Part shown: positions 29,968 through 39,756 of the stretch, in pieces | Position numbering within the stretch: position 1 is the stretch's first letter | Layout: each line of letters opens with the position of its first letter | Virus record (IMG/VR): IMGVR_UViG_3300030061_003795 | Length of the DNA: 64,000 bases | Reading direction: 5' to 3' (one strand) | DNA from: a virus | Notes under the pieces: generated by a model | The model's database searches: none | Told to the model about the DNA's origin: nothing | Seen by the model: the letters and a program-made list of their open reading frames with translations, nothing else | Translations under genes and position numbers: made by a program

Positions 29968-30870
29968 ATGGAATTATTCGTTGAAAAATATAGACCCCAA
30001 GCTTTAGATGCATTTGTAGGAAATGAATCTTTAAAAGATACAATAGGTAAATACTTAGAAGAGGGAAATATCCAAAACCTGCTGTTTTTTGGTTCAGCAG
30101 GATGTGGGAAAACCTCTTTAGCTAAATTGATTACAAGTCAATTGAAAGCAGATGTATTATACCTAAACTCCAGCGATGAGAGAGGCATAGATGCAATCCG
30201 TGAAAAGATTGTACCCTTTGCCTCTTCAATGGGGCTAGGAGGAACTAAAATTGTAATTTTAGATGAAGCAGATTATCTAACACCACAGGCTCAAGCTTCC
30301 TTAAGAAATACTATAGAAGCTTTTCACCAGAACTGTAGATTTATTTTAACGTGTAATTATATTAACAGAATAATAGACCCTTTACAATCTAGATGTAAAA
30401 TGTTTAATGTTATTCCACCTTCTAAATCAGAAGTAGCCCACCACCTTAAAGGTATTCTCAATGCAGAAGAAATAAAACATAATATAAATGACCTAGCCAA
30501 AGTAGTAAAGCAATACTACCCCGACCTCCGTAAAATGTTAAATTCCCTCCAAGGAAATATCCATAAGGGGGAATTAAACATTGAGGGGGATAAGGAAAAT
30601 TCAGATAAGATAAAAGAACTAGTAGATATTTTAATAAGTGGAGGAAATCCAACACAATTAAGAACTGCATTAGTTACTTTAGGAGCAAAGGAATTCGATT
30701 CAGTATTCAGATCTATTTATGATAAAATAGATGAGTTTAAAAATCCTGCCGAAGCTATTCTTATAATTAGTAAATACCAATATGAATATGGTTTTGCTTT
30801 AGATAAAGAAATTTGTATAATGGCTATGTTAATACAATTAAAAGAAACAACTAAAAAACAATTAATATGA
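29968..30870 (+). CDS. Clamp loader AAA+ subunit (gp44/RFC-small-like)
   Basis: VEKYRP, GSAGCGKT, NSSDERG, LDEAD, QSRC. Confidence 0.92.
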   Translation: MELFVEKYRPQALDAFVGNESLKDTIGKYLEEGNIQNLLFFGSAGCGKTSLAKLITSQLKADVLYLNSSDERGIDAIREKIVPFASSMGLGGTKIVILDEADYLTPQAQASLRNTIEAFHQNCRFILTCNYINRIIDPLQSRCKMFNVIPPSKSEVAHHLKGILNAEEIKHNINDLAKVVKQYYPDLRKMLNSLQGNIHKGELNIEGDKENSDKIKELVDILISGGNPTQLRTALVTLGAKEFDSVFRSIYDKIDEFKNPAEAILIISKYQYEYGFALDKEICIMAMLIQLKETTKKQLI

Positions 30871-31091
30871 ACCCAAACGAACAACCAGAGTTTAACTTAG
30901 ACTTTAGCCAAACTGAAGAATATGTTTGTCCAGAGTGTGGTCATAAACATTTTACTCAAGTATTTAAAATGAGAAGATTATCAGCTATGTTAGCTCCTAC
31001 TGGAAATGAAAGTTATATTCCTGTTCCTGTGTATGCTTGTGCAAATTGTCACCACGTACCAGAGCCATTTTTACCACCAGAAAGTAAATAA
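30867..31091 (+). CDS. Zinc-ribbon protein
   Basis: CPEC...CANC. Confidence 0.65.
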   Translation: MNPNEQPEFNLDFSQTEEYVCPECGHKHFTQVFKMRRLSAMLAPTGNESYIPVPVYACANCHHVPEPFLPPESK

Positions 31092-31496
31092 TTGAATCCG
31101 TTTGACCATATTAAAAATCTCCACACTAAGAAGTGTAAGTGGGAAGATCTAAACGATGAAGATAAAAAATCATTTAATGTTTACATCGTTAATAAAGGAC
31201 TCTCTATGAATCCTAATTATTTAGACATTGTAAATACAGTCCAAATATACATGGATAGTCCAGAAATTATTTATAAATTTTACTACTATAGTTTACCTTC
31301 AAAATTTAAATTTTATAAATGGATAAAGGGTAAAAAGGATCAAAGTAAAGATTTACTACAAAAACTTGCAGAATATTATAAAATTTCTCAAAGAGAAGCG
31401 CAAGATTATTTGGAGGTTTTAGATAAGGATTGTATATTGGACATATTATCCGAATTTGGATTAAATAAAAAAGAAACTAAAAAATTAATGAAATGA
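31092..31496 (+). CDS. Clamp loader small subunit (gp62-like), TTG start
   Basis: NPFD..K, FN.YIVN..LS, F.KW.K, YYKISQREA.DY. Confidence 0.75.
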   Translation: MNPFDHIKNLHTKKCKWEDLNDEDKKSFNVYIVNKGLSMNPNYLDIVNTVQIYMDSPEIIYKFYYYSLPSKFKFYKWIKGKKDQSKDLLQKLAEYYKISQREAQDYLEVLDKDCILDILSEFGLNKKETKKLMK

Positions 31497-31864
31497 GCGA
31501 AAATCCTTTAGGAATATCAAAAGAAGACCAAGAAATAGTAAATAGTATTGAAAAACAATACCCTGACCTTACTAAAGAATATAAAAGAATTATGTTAGAG
31601 CAATATATTTTGTTTTGTAAAAAACATTCAAACTATGGTTGTCAAAACATAACTTTAGGAACCAACCTTGAAACAGAAGAGGACATTCAGTTATCTTTAA
31701 CAGGGTTAACAATTAGACTTTTAGATAAAATAAATAGACTAAAGACTATGGTTTTAAAAGGAAAAAAAGACACTGTTGGAGAGTCCATCAAAGATACATT
31801 TCAAGATATGTCAGTATATGGAATTATCGCTCAAATCGTTCAAGAAGGAAAATTTAAAAGATGA
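31493..31864 (+). CDS. DUF1599 / nucleotide-modification-associated domain 1 (Nmad1)-like
   Basis: KKHSNYG...IRLLDKINRL...ESIKDTFQDMSVYGII. Confidence 0.8.
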   Translation: MSENPLGISKEDQEIVNSIEKQYPDLTKEYKRIMLEQYILFCKKHSNYGCQNITLGTNLETEEDIQLSLTGLTIRLLDKINRLKTMVLKGKKDTVGESIKDTFQDMSVYGIIAQIVQEGKFKR

Positions 31865-32796
31865 ATATAGTAGAACAAGTAAAATCCGTAGATGCCCCCC
31901 AAGTAGATTATTCTCAATATAAAGTTGTAAGTTACTCCCAATATCAAAATTGGGCTCAATGTCCTCACAAATGGAGACTACAGTACATAGACAAACACAA
32001 AACCCCACAAAACATACATTTTACGTTTGGGACTTCTTTACACGAAGCCATTCAAGAGTATCTCGAAAGAATGTACAACAAACCTGAACTTTTAGAGGGA
32101 TTTGATATGCAAGCATTTTTCTTAAAAACCTTCACTGAACTTTATCAAGAAAAGGTTAAATTAGAAGAAAAACACCATTCAACTCCGGAGGAACTCAAAG
32201 AATTTGCAAACGATGGTTTAAATATAATTGATTTTTTTCTAGACTATAAAGACAAATACTATCAACCCCACTATAAATTACTGGGCATAGAAATGCCTTT
32301 ACTTCACATCCCTCATCCTAAATTTCCAGAGGTAAGATTTTTCGGGAAGTTGGATGTTGTTTTATATGACCCCGAATCTGAAGTAGTAATAATAGACGAT
32401 ATAAAGACATCTACGATGGGTTGGAACAAATATCAAAAAGCAGACAAAATTAAAACAGCACAACTACCCTTATACAAAAGATATTTTCAAGAGGTATATG
32501 GTATCCCTGTAAAACACATAGATGTAAGATATACAATCGTTAAAAGAAAAGTCAACGAAAACGCTGAATATCCCGCGATGAGATCCAGAATCCAAGCATT
32601 TTCACCAGCTTCTGGAACACCTACGCTATCTAAGTTGGAATTTCATCTAAAGGAATTCATAGAGGATTGCTTTGTGGAAGGCACCGATATTTATCAACAG
32701 AAGGAATACATTAAAAACGCTAGTACTAAAAATTGTAAATGGTGTACTTTTAAGGACAAACCTGACCTTTGTGATAGAAATAAAAAGAAGAAATGA
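31861..32796 (+). CDS. Cas4/RecB-like PD-(D/E)XK exonuclease
   Basis: SYSQ...CP, FGTSLH, GKLD, DIKT, QLPLY, C-terminal CxxC-x8-C. Confidence 0.85.
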   Translation: MNIVEQVKSVDAPQVDYSQYKVVSYSQYQNWAQCPHKWRLQYIDKHKTPQNIHFTFGTSLHEAIQEYLERMYNKPELLEGFDMQAFFLKTFTELYQEKVKLEEKHHSTPEELKEFANDGLNIIDFFLDYKDKYYQPHYKLLGIEMPLLHIPHPKFPEVRFFGKLDVVLYDPESEVVIIDDIKTSTMGWNKYQKADKIKTAQLPLYKRYFQEVYGIPVKHIDVRYTIVKRKVNENAEYPAMRSRIQAFSPASGTPTLSKLEFHLKEFIEDCFVEGTDIYQQKEYIKNASTKNCKWCTFKDKPDLCDRNKKKK

Positions 32797-33239
32797 AAAA
32801 ATCCCAATTAAGACAAATTATTAAAGAGGAAATTACATCCGTTCTAAAAGAAGAATATGACCCTAACCAAGATCCCGAAAAGAAAGGATCAGAGGCATAT
32901 AAAAGGGCAGAATGGAAAGGTCAGTTTGGTTCAATGGATGGATTTGATAAGGCATATCCCCAATATTCTAAGGGAGGAAATGGAGAAACGGTTGAATCCT
33001 CAGTAAAACAAGGTTTAAATCAAATGTTTGAAAGATTAGCTGATATTGTTGATAATAAAGAGGATATTCAATCTAAAACACTAGGTGTAACTAATTATAT
33101 TAAAAGGTTAATGAGAGAATATGCTAAATATGCTAATATGGATCGTCGAGACTCAATAGAAGGTGGAAATGCTTTTTCAAAACAAGGTAAAGAAGAAGCA
33201 AGACAAGAAATTGAGAGAATATTATCAAGGGAATATTAA
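32793..33239 (+). CDS. MKKS-leader protein (candidate internal virion protein)
   Basis: MKKSQLRQIIKEEITSVLKE followed by unrelated cargo. Confidence 0.65.
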   Translation: MKKSQLRQIIKEEITSVLKEEYDPNQDPEKKGSEAYKRAEWKGQFGSMDGFDKAYPQYSKGGNGETVESSVKQGLNQMFERLADIVDNKEDIQSKTLGVTNYIKRLMREYAKYANMDRRDSIEGGNAFSKQGKEEARQEIERILSREY

Positions 33240-33240
33240 A

Positions 33241-33423
33241 ATGTCACATAAAGTTTTTATACGACACACATACATTTATAAATGTTCAAGCTGTGGTGAA
33301 GAATGGAAAATAAATGAAGCTTCTAACATAGAAAAACTTAGATGCCCCCATTGTGGTGAACATGATACTGTTGAATATGTAATGACTGATCAGAGAACAA
33401 AATTCAACCGAAAATGGAATTAA
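33241..33423 (+). CDS. Zinc-ribbon protein (start moved to ATG 33241)
   Basis: CSSC...CPHC; ATG immediately after upstream stop. Confidence 0.6.
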   Translation: MSHKVFIRHTYIYKCSSCGEEWKINEASNIEKLRCPHCGEHDTVEYVMTDQRTKFNRKWN

Positions 33424-33433
33424 ATAAAATATA

Positions 33434-33967
33434 ATGAAAAAATCTCAATTAAAGGAAATTATTAGAGCTGAGTTAAATAAAATTCTTAAAGAAGCTAAGA
33501 TATCATGCCCCGCTGCAACCCAGAATTTAGAGCTAAATACCAAAAATAGAGATGCTTCAATTAAAGCAGAATATATTAAATATGGTCCCTTAAATGTAGA
33601 TGAACCAGGAGACTACTGGGTAGACTTAGCTGAATATTGGGATACAACAGAAAAAGCAGCTAAAAAAACACTTTGTGGTAATTGTGTAGCATTTGACATT
33701 TCACCTAGAATGGAAAAATGTATGCCAGGTGAAGTATCTGATAAAGGGGATTTTGATGAAATATCACAAGAATTATTCGATTCAGATTATGAATCTCTAG
33801 ATTCAGATGAACAAGCTGAAGTTTTAGCCAATAGTGATAAATTAGGTTACTGTTGGATGCACAATTTCAAATGCCACTCAGCTAGAACTTGTAGAACATG
33901 GGCTAAAGGTGGCCCTATTACCGAAGATAGTGTATCTTATGATTGGCAAGATCGTAAAGAAGACTAA
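33434..33967 (+). CDS. MKKS-leader protein with Cys-rich metal-binding cargo
   Basis: Leader plus CGNC...GYC......C.....C..W. Confidence 0.65.
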   Translation: MKKSQLKEIIRAELNKILKEAKISCPAATQNLELNTKNRDASIKAEYIKYGPLNVDEPGDYWVDLAEYWDTTEKAAKKTLCGNCVAFDISPRMEKCMPGEVSDKGDFDEISQELFDSDYESLDSDEQAEVLANSDKLGYCWMHNFKCHSARTCRTWAKGGPITEDSVSYDWQDRKED

Positions 33968-33975
33968 AATCCTAA

Positions 33976-34968
33976 ATGAAAAAATATATATTTCCTTTAA
34001 TAATAGCACTTTCAGCACTGACTGTAAGTGCATCTGCAGCATACTACAGTGTATTTGGTCTTTCCCATCTATTTAGTGGTGCAGGTTTAGCAATTGTTAT
34101 AATGGCTTCTTCTTTAGAAGCTTCCAAACTTGTAGTAGCCTCTCTACTACACCAATATTGGAGACGCATAAATTTGTTGCTTAAAAGCTATTTAATAGTA
34201 GCACTATTGACATTGATAGTAATCACGTCAGCCGGTATTTATGGCTTTTTAACCAACGCATATCAACTAACCTCTGCCAAATCTCAAGTGGCAGACAGTC
34301 AAATAGCTATAGTCGAAAATAAGAAATCATATTTCTCCGAAAATATTGGAAGAATAGAAAGCCAAATAGGCTCCAAAAACACAAGAATCACAACTCTAAC
34401 AAATTTAAGGAGCCAACAAGAAACCAGATTAGATTCTCTATACAATAAGGGATGGTACAGTAGTGCTAGAAAAACAGAAAAACTTATAAAAGAAGCCAAC
34501 GAAGATATTAAATATCTCGAGGCTGACGTAGATACCCTTAATACACAAATAAACGCGCTAAATGATTCAATAAACAACATTAATTTAGATATATTAGACA
34601 TTCAAACGTCTAACGAAGCAGCCTCCGAGTTAGGTCCTTTAAAATACCTAGCTGAGCTTTTAGATAAGCCAATGGATGTAGTTATAAATTGGCTAATGTT
34701 AGTTTTGATTTTTGTATTTGATCCACTAGCAATAGCGTTAGTTTTAGCAGCAAATATGGCATTTGACAATGCTAGAAATAAAATAGTTGAACCTAAGAAG
34801 AAAAAACGTAAATGGTTTATATATGGAGAAAGAAAGAAAAAAACAAAAAGTGAACCTAAGATTGATCCTATTGAAGAGGAGATTAAAGAAGAACCGAAGG
34901 AAAAACCTCCAACTCCTCCCAAGAACAAGGGATCACAACCAGATGACAGATATGCCGTAAGGAAGTAG
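33976..34968 (+). CDS. Membrane protein with coiled coil
   Basis: Three N-terminal TM segments, long heptad region, IFVFDPLA TM. Confidence 0.7.
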   Translation: MKKYIFPLIIALSALTVSASAAYYSVFGLSHLFSGAGLAIVIMASSLEASKLVVASLLHQYWRRINLLLKSYLIVALLTLIVITSAGIYGFLTNAYQLTSAKSQVADSQIAIVENKKSYFSENIGRIESQIGSKNTRITTLTNLRSQQETRLDSLYNKGWYSSARKTEKLIKEANEDIKYLEADVDTLNTQINALNDSINNINLDILDIQTSNEAASELGPLKYLAELLDKPMDVVINWLMLVLIFVFDPLAIALVLAANMAFDNARNKIVEPKKKKRKWFIYGERKKKTKSEPKIDPIEEEIKEEPKEKPPTPPKNKGSQPDDRYAVRK

Positions 34969-35006
34969 AATCCGCACATACGTATATCAAACACAAAATA
35001 TATAAT

Positions 35007-35201
35007 ATGTCAAAGTTACAATTAACTTCCGTAAAAGTAGTAGATGAAATGTTTGATGAATTTAAAATTAATTCAATTAGAAACAAATTTAACCTACAAA
35101 AATTAGTAAACCGTTCAATTGATTTATATAATCAAGATGAAGAATTTAGAAAAAAAGTACACAACCACACAAAATTAGTAGAAACAAACAGTAATTTATA
35201 A
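35007..35201 (+). CDS. Small ribbon-helix-helix-like protein
   Basis: LTSVKV strand followed by two helices; heads the glycosyltransferase operon. Confidence 0.5.
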   Translation: MSKLQLTSVKVVDEMFDEFKINSIRNKFNLQKLVNRSIDLYNQDEEFRKKVHNHTKLVETNSNL

Positions 35202-35207
35202 AAGTTC

Positions 35208-36686
35208 ATGAAAAAAGGTTATATTAAAAAAGACCAACGAAAGAAAATTCTTTTGTTGGGAGATGATTTAAGGACTCCATCCGGAGTAGGAACACAATCC
35301 AAAAATTTAGTTTTAAGTACTTGTCACCATTACAATTGGGTGCAGATAGCAGGGTCTTTAAAACATCCTGACAAGGGTAAAAGATTAGAGCTCAACGAAT
35401 CAATAACTAAAGGTACGGGAGTAGAAGACCCAAGCGTAGTTTTATATCCAAACGATGGATATGGTGATCATATGATTATGAGGCAAATTATGAACATTGA
35501 AAAACCTGATGCCATTATATTCTTTACAGATCCAAGATATTATATTTGGTTATTTCAGATGGAAAATGAAATTCGTCAAAAAATTCCAATGATTTATTAC
35601 AACATTTGGGACGACACTCCATATCCATTTTGGAATAGGCCTTTCTATAGAAGTTGTGATCAATTACTTTGTATTTCGAAACAAACTAAGAATTTAGTAG
35701 AAAATGTTTTAAGAGACTATCCAAAAGAAGATTGGCAAACTAAATATCTACCTCACGGAATAAATCCAAAAGATTTTTACGAAATAGATGAAAAGAAACA
35801 CCCTGAAGCTTTTTTAGATTTACAAAACACTAAAAAAGAAATGTTTGGAGAAGATGAACCAGAGTTTGTTGTGTTCTTTAATTCTAGAAATATTAGAAGA
35901 AAAAACATTCCAGACATCATTTTAGCATGGAGAATGTTTACTGACTTTTTACCTAAGGAAGAAGCCAAAAAATGTAAATTAATTTTACACACGGCAGTGT
36001 CTGATCCAAATGGAACTGATTTAGCAGCTGTGATAGATAGTTTTTGTGATCCTGAACAAAATCCCGTGATAATCAGCGGTAAACAAACGACTGAAGCGCG
36101 ACTAAATACGTTATATAATCTATCCGATTGTCATATGTTTATGACAGATAATGAAGGATGGGGGCTAGGTTTAACCGAATCTTTAATGGTTGGAAGAATG
36201 ATTATAGCACCAGTTCAAGGAGGAATGCAAGATCAAATGCGTTTTGAAGATGAAGAAGGAGATTGGATTAAATTTTCTGAAGTAACCCCAACTAACGCAG
36301 ATAAAACCTATCTAAGACATGGAGAATGGGCAGAGCCAATGTTTCCATCAACAAGAAGCATAAAAGGTTCACCTCAAACACCATATATTTTTGCTTCCCA
36401 AGTATCTGTTGATACAGCGGTACAATCATTAGCTAAAGTTTATGCTTTAGGTAAAGAAGAAAGAATGAGAAGAGGAGCTAAAGGTAGAGAATTCGCAATG
36501 GAAGAACTAAGTCTAGAAAAACTAGGTAGCAATTTAATAGGTCACGTTGACGAATGCATTGAAAAGTTTGAACCTAAACCGAAATACACGGTCTTGAATA
36601 CGGATATCAAATTTAACAACTACCAGAAATTCCCATTAAAATTACAACAAGAAACAATAAATAAAGTTAAAGAATTATTAGTATGA
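35208..36686 (+). CDS. Glycosyltransferase, GT-B (GT4-like)
   Basis: SGVG, PHGI, RNIRRKN, EGWGLGLTE. Confidence 0.85.
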   Translation: MKKGYIKKDQRKKILLLGDDLRTPSGVGTQSKNLVLSTCHHYNWVQIAGSLKHPDKGKRLELNESITKGTGVEDPSVVLYPNDGYGDHMIMRQIMNIEKPDAIIFFTDPRYYIWLFQMENEIRQKIPMIYYNIWDDTPYPFWNRPFYRSCDQLLCISKQTKNLVENVLRDYPKEDWQTKYLPHGINPKDFYEIDEKKHPEAFLDLQNTKKEMFGEDEPEFVVFFNSRNIRRKNIPDIILAWRMFTDFLPKEEAKKCKLILHTAVSDPNGTDLAAVIDSFCDPEQNPVIISGKQTTEARLNTLYNLSDCHMFMTDNEGWGLGLTESLMVGRMIIAPVQGGMQDQMRFEDEEGDWIKFSEVTPTNADKTYLRHGEWAEPMFPSTRSIKGSPQTPYIFASQVSVDTAVQSLAKVYALGKEERMRRGAKGREFAMEELSLEKLGSNLIGHVDECIEKFEPKPKYTVLNTDIKFNNYQKFPLKLQQETINKVKELLV

Positions 36687-38017
36687 AGCCATTATTAGTT
36701 ATATCAGCGCCTGTAGACACTTATTCGGGATATGGGGCAAGAAGTAGAGGAATAGCAAAAGCTATAATTGAACTCGACAAATATGAGGTTAAAATTCTAT
36801 CCCAAATGTGGGGTGCTACACCTTGGGGTTTTATAAAAGACCACGAAGAAGAATGGGGATTTCTTTCACAACATTTTGTAAATCAAACATCAAACCAACA
36901 AAAACCTGATGTTTGGATACAAATCACAGTACCTAATGAATTCCAACCAATTGGAAGTTACAACATAGGAATCACAGCAGGCATTGAAGCAACACAATGT
37001 TCACCACCTTGGATTGAGGGCTGTAATAGAATGAATATGGTACTTCTATCATCTAAGTTTTCGAAGCAAGTATTCCAACAATCTGCCTACAGTATTAATA
37101 ACCCTCAAGGGCAAGTTACAAAACATTTAAAAATCGAAAGACCCTTAGATGTAATTTTTGAAGGTGTAGATTTAAACATTTACAATCAAGAATCTGACGT
37201 CAAAATGTTAGACATTAAAGAGTCATTTGCGTTTTTAGTAGCAGGACATTGGTTGAAAGGTAAATATGGAGAAGATAGAAAAAACATTGGTAAAACAATT
37301 AAACTCTTCTTTGAAACCTTTAAAAATATGGAAAACCCACCTGCCATGGTTCTTAAAACAGGATCAGATGGTAGTATAAGTGAGCAAGAAAACCTTATAG
37401 AAAAAATCAATGCTATACGAAGCATGGTAAAAGGAAAACTCCCACAATTATATTTGGTTTCCGGAAATCTCTCCGATACGGAGGTAAATCAATTATACAG
37501 AGACCCAAAAATTAAAGCGATGGTGAGTTTTACAAAAGGAGAAGGATTTGGAAGACCGTTAGCCGAATTTGCTTTAACAAAGAAACCAATTATAGTTTCC
37601 AACTGGTCGGGACATACAGATTTTATTAAACCTGAATTTGCTGTTTTATTAGGTGGAAACCTTAAAAATATCCATGATTCAGCTGCGTGGGAAAATGTAT
37701 TGATGAAAGAAGCTAAGTGGTTTGATATAGATGAAGAAGTAGCTATGAAAGCTATGAAAGATGTACATAAAAATTACAAAGATTATATTAAAAAATCTCG
37801 TAAATCGAGACAATATATAAAAGATAATTTCTCTTATGAGAAAATGAAGGAAAAGTTGAGTGAAATTTTAGAAGAAAATGTTAAAATAGAAGCCCAATTA
37901 AGATTACCAAATATGGAAGCTCCTAAACTTCAATTACCAAAATTAAAAAAAGTTGGAGAACCTAAAACAGAACTTCCAAAACTTAAATTACCTAAACTTA
38001 AAAAAGTAACAACATGA
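36683..38017 (+). CDS. Glycosyltransferase, GT-B (GT4-like) with LPKLK tail
   Basis: SGYG, DRKN, EGFGRPLAE, WSGH.DF. Confidence 0.85.
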   Translation: MKPLLVISAPVDTYSGYGARSRGIAKAIIELDKYEVKILSQMWGATPWGFIKDHEEEWGFLSQHFVNQTSNQQKPDVWIQITVPNEFQPIGSYNIGITAGIEATQCSPPWIEGCNRMNMVLLSSKFSKQVFQQSAYSINNPQGQVTKHLKIERPLDVIFEGVDLNIYNQESDVKMLDIKESFAFLVAGHWLKGKYGEDRKNIGKTIKLFFETFKNMENPPAMVLKTGSDGSISEQENLIEKINAIRSMVKGKLPQLYLVSGNLSDTEVNQLYRDPKIKAMVSFTKGEGFGRPLAEFALTKKPIIVSNWSGHTDFIKPEFAVLLGGNLKNIHDSAAWENVLMKEAKWFDIDEEVAMKAMKDVHKNYKDYIKKSRKSRQYIKDNFSYEKMKEKLSEILEENVKIEAQLRLPNMEAPKLQLPKLKKVGEPKTELPKLKLPKLKKVTT

Positions 38018-38517
38018 AAGAAGACGTAAAAAGTAGAGTTTTACCAAAAGATAACTTAACAGTTTGCCCTGTATGTGGTTCAGATGCATGCTATCACACA
38101 GAAGCTAAGGAAAATGACTTCGAAAGCTATATGTGTTTTACTTGTGGATATTCAACATCTACTCAAATGAAAGAAGGTGAAGAATTAGTAACTCAAACAA
38201 GGGAAACAGCTGCTGAACTTATAAAAGATTTAGAAGTAATTAAGGAGGGATTTGTATGGTATCCTTCAGTAATGAATTTACCAGAGCAAGGAATTGTATT
38301 CCCTGATGGAACCTCAAAAGAAGACTGGAAATGGGCTTCTATGAAAGCGGTTTTAGTTACAGAAGAAGAAAAGGAAAAATACCCAATTCCTAATAAGAAA
38401 GGGGAATTTTACACACACAGAATCGACAATACTACGATGAAGCATTTTGACAAACTTTGTTATATGGATGCTTTAGAAGAGATTGGAATGTTTGAAAAAC
38501 AAGAAGAAGAGTCCTAG
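38014..38517 (+). CDS. Zinc-ribbon hypothetical protein
   Basis: CPVC...CFTCG. Confidence 0.6.
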   Translation: MKEDVKSRVLPKDNLTVCPVCGSDACYHTEAKENDFESYMCFTCGYSTSTQMKEGEELVTQTRETAAELIKDLEVIKEGFVWYPSVMNLPEQGIVFPDGTSKEDWKWASMKAVLVTEEEKEKYPIPNKKGEFYTHRIDNTTMKHFDKLCYMDALEEIGMFEKQEEES

Positions 38518-38535
38518 ATTTTAAAATTTAAAATT

Positions 38536-38802
38536 ATGGAAACAATAATAGGAACGGTTATCGGATCTGTTGTAACACTTTTAGTGGCATGGTATGTTGC
38601 TAGGAACAAAAGCAAATTTGATAGTCTAACATTACAAGTCACAAATGTTGAAGGTACCATTCATCAACGTTGTGATGACGATTTAAGAATGGTACAAAGT
38701 CAAACGGAATGTCTTCACCGTGAATTAGAAAAGAGAGACCGAGAGTTAGATTCTAGACTCGATAAATTGGAATCAAAATTAATGAAACAAATAAATAAAT
38801 AA
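38536..38802 (+). CDS. Small membrane-anchored coiled-coil protein
   Basis: N-terminal TM, DSRLDKLE heptads. Confidence 0.6.
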   Translation: METIIGTVIGSVVTLLVAWYVARNKSKFDSLTLQVTNVEGTIHQRCDDDLRMVQSQTECLHRELEKRDRELDSRLDKLESKLMKQINK

Positions 38803-38839
38803 TTAACCCGTCTAGGGCTCTTTTTTAAAATTAAAAGTT

Positions 38840-39100
38840 ATGACAAGATTAACAGTACACGTAGAAAATGCACCTTTTGTTGAAAGGGAAAGAAAATCAC
38901 TGGGAAAAAACGCCCAAGGGGTTGAAATATTCAAACCCAAAAGATCAAAATGTATAGTAAACACTTTATCATTTGGAGGATTAAAAAACGAAAGAGAAGT
39001 CAACGAAAAATTAACTTACGTAAAATCTAAACACAGAATTGCCAAATGGACTAAAGGAGCCAAAAAAGGTAAAGAAATGATTTATACTTCATTTCAATGA
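38840..39100 (+). CDS. Basic hypothetical protein
   Basis: 86-aa Lys-rich ORF, ATGA overlap with next gene. Confidence 0.55.
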   Translation: MTRLTVHVENAPFVERERKSLGKNAQGVEIFKPKRSKCIVNTLSFGGLKNEREVNEKLTYVKSKHRIAKWTKGAKKGKEMIYTSFQ

Positions 39101-39723
39101 GAATCTCTTACGCAATTCCCGTCTGTAACGAACACACTGAATTAGAGAAACTCTTAAAGTTCTTACTCCCCTTAAAACGTCCAGAAGACGAAATAGTAGT
39201 ACAAGTAGACAGTAAAAATGTAACCCCTGAAGTTACAGCATTAACTAATACTTGGGGAGACAGTAATGACATAAAAGTTATATCTTTCGAATTTAATGGG
39301 AATTTTGCAGACCTTAAAAACAACCTAAAAAACAACTGTACAGGGGATTATATTTTTCAAATAGACGCAGATGAAATACCACACTCATATTTAATTGGTT
39401 TACTTCCAACTCTCTTCAGACACAACCCAGATGTAGATTTATTTTTAGTTCCAAGAATTAATATTGTAAATGGATTGACAGAAGAGCATATTCAAAAATG
39501 GGAATGGCAAGTCAATGAAAAGGGTTGGGTGAATTTTCCAGATGCTCAAATGAGAATTATTCGCAATGCTCCTCACATTCAGTGGGCAAGTAAAGTGCAT
39601 GAAGTTATAATGGGATTTAAACAATACGTTATTCTACCATTAGAAGAAAAATTCACACTATATCACGAAAAGAGTATAGGAAAACAAGAACTACAAAATA
39701 ACTTTTACGATAGTTTGGCTTAG
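39097..39723 (+). CDS. Glycosyltransferase family 2
   Basis: ISYAIPVCNE, IDADE, VHE. Confidence 0.88.
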   Translation: MRISYAIPVCNEHTELEKLLKFLLPLKRPEDEIVVQVDSKNVTPEVTALTNTWGDSNDIKVISFEFNGNFADLKNNLKNNCTGDYIFQIDADEIPHSYLIGLLPTLFRHNPDVDLFLVPRINIVNGLTEEHIQKWEWQVNEKGWVNFPDAQMRIIRNAPHIQWASKVHEVIMGFKQYVILPLEEKFTLYHEKSIGKQELQNNFYDSLA

Positions 39724-39744
39724 TCAAAAAAATTCAATACATTA
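39714..39744 (+). promoter_or_regulatory. Promoter TTTGG-N19-TACATTA
   Basis: Recurrent motif; heads the sugar-synthesis cassette. Confidence 0.7.
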
Positions 39745-39756
39745 AAACAAAAAATT

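Noticed and set aside
31861-32796. Cas4-like gene as evidence of a CRISPR system
   Set aside because: No repeat-spacer array or other cas genes seen; solo Cas4-like nucleases are common in phages.
38803-38826. CCC-GTCTA-GGG plus T run as terminator
   Set aside because: Stem too short to call with confidence.
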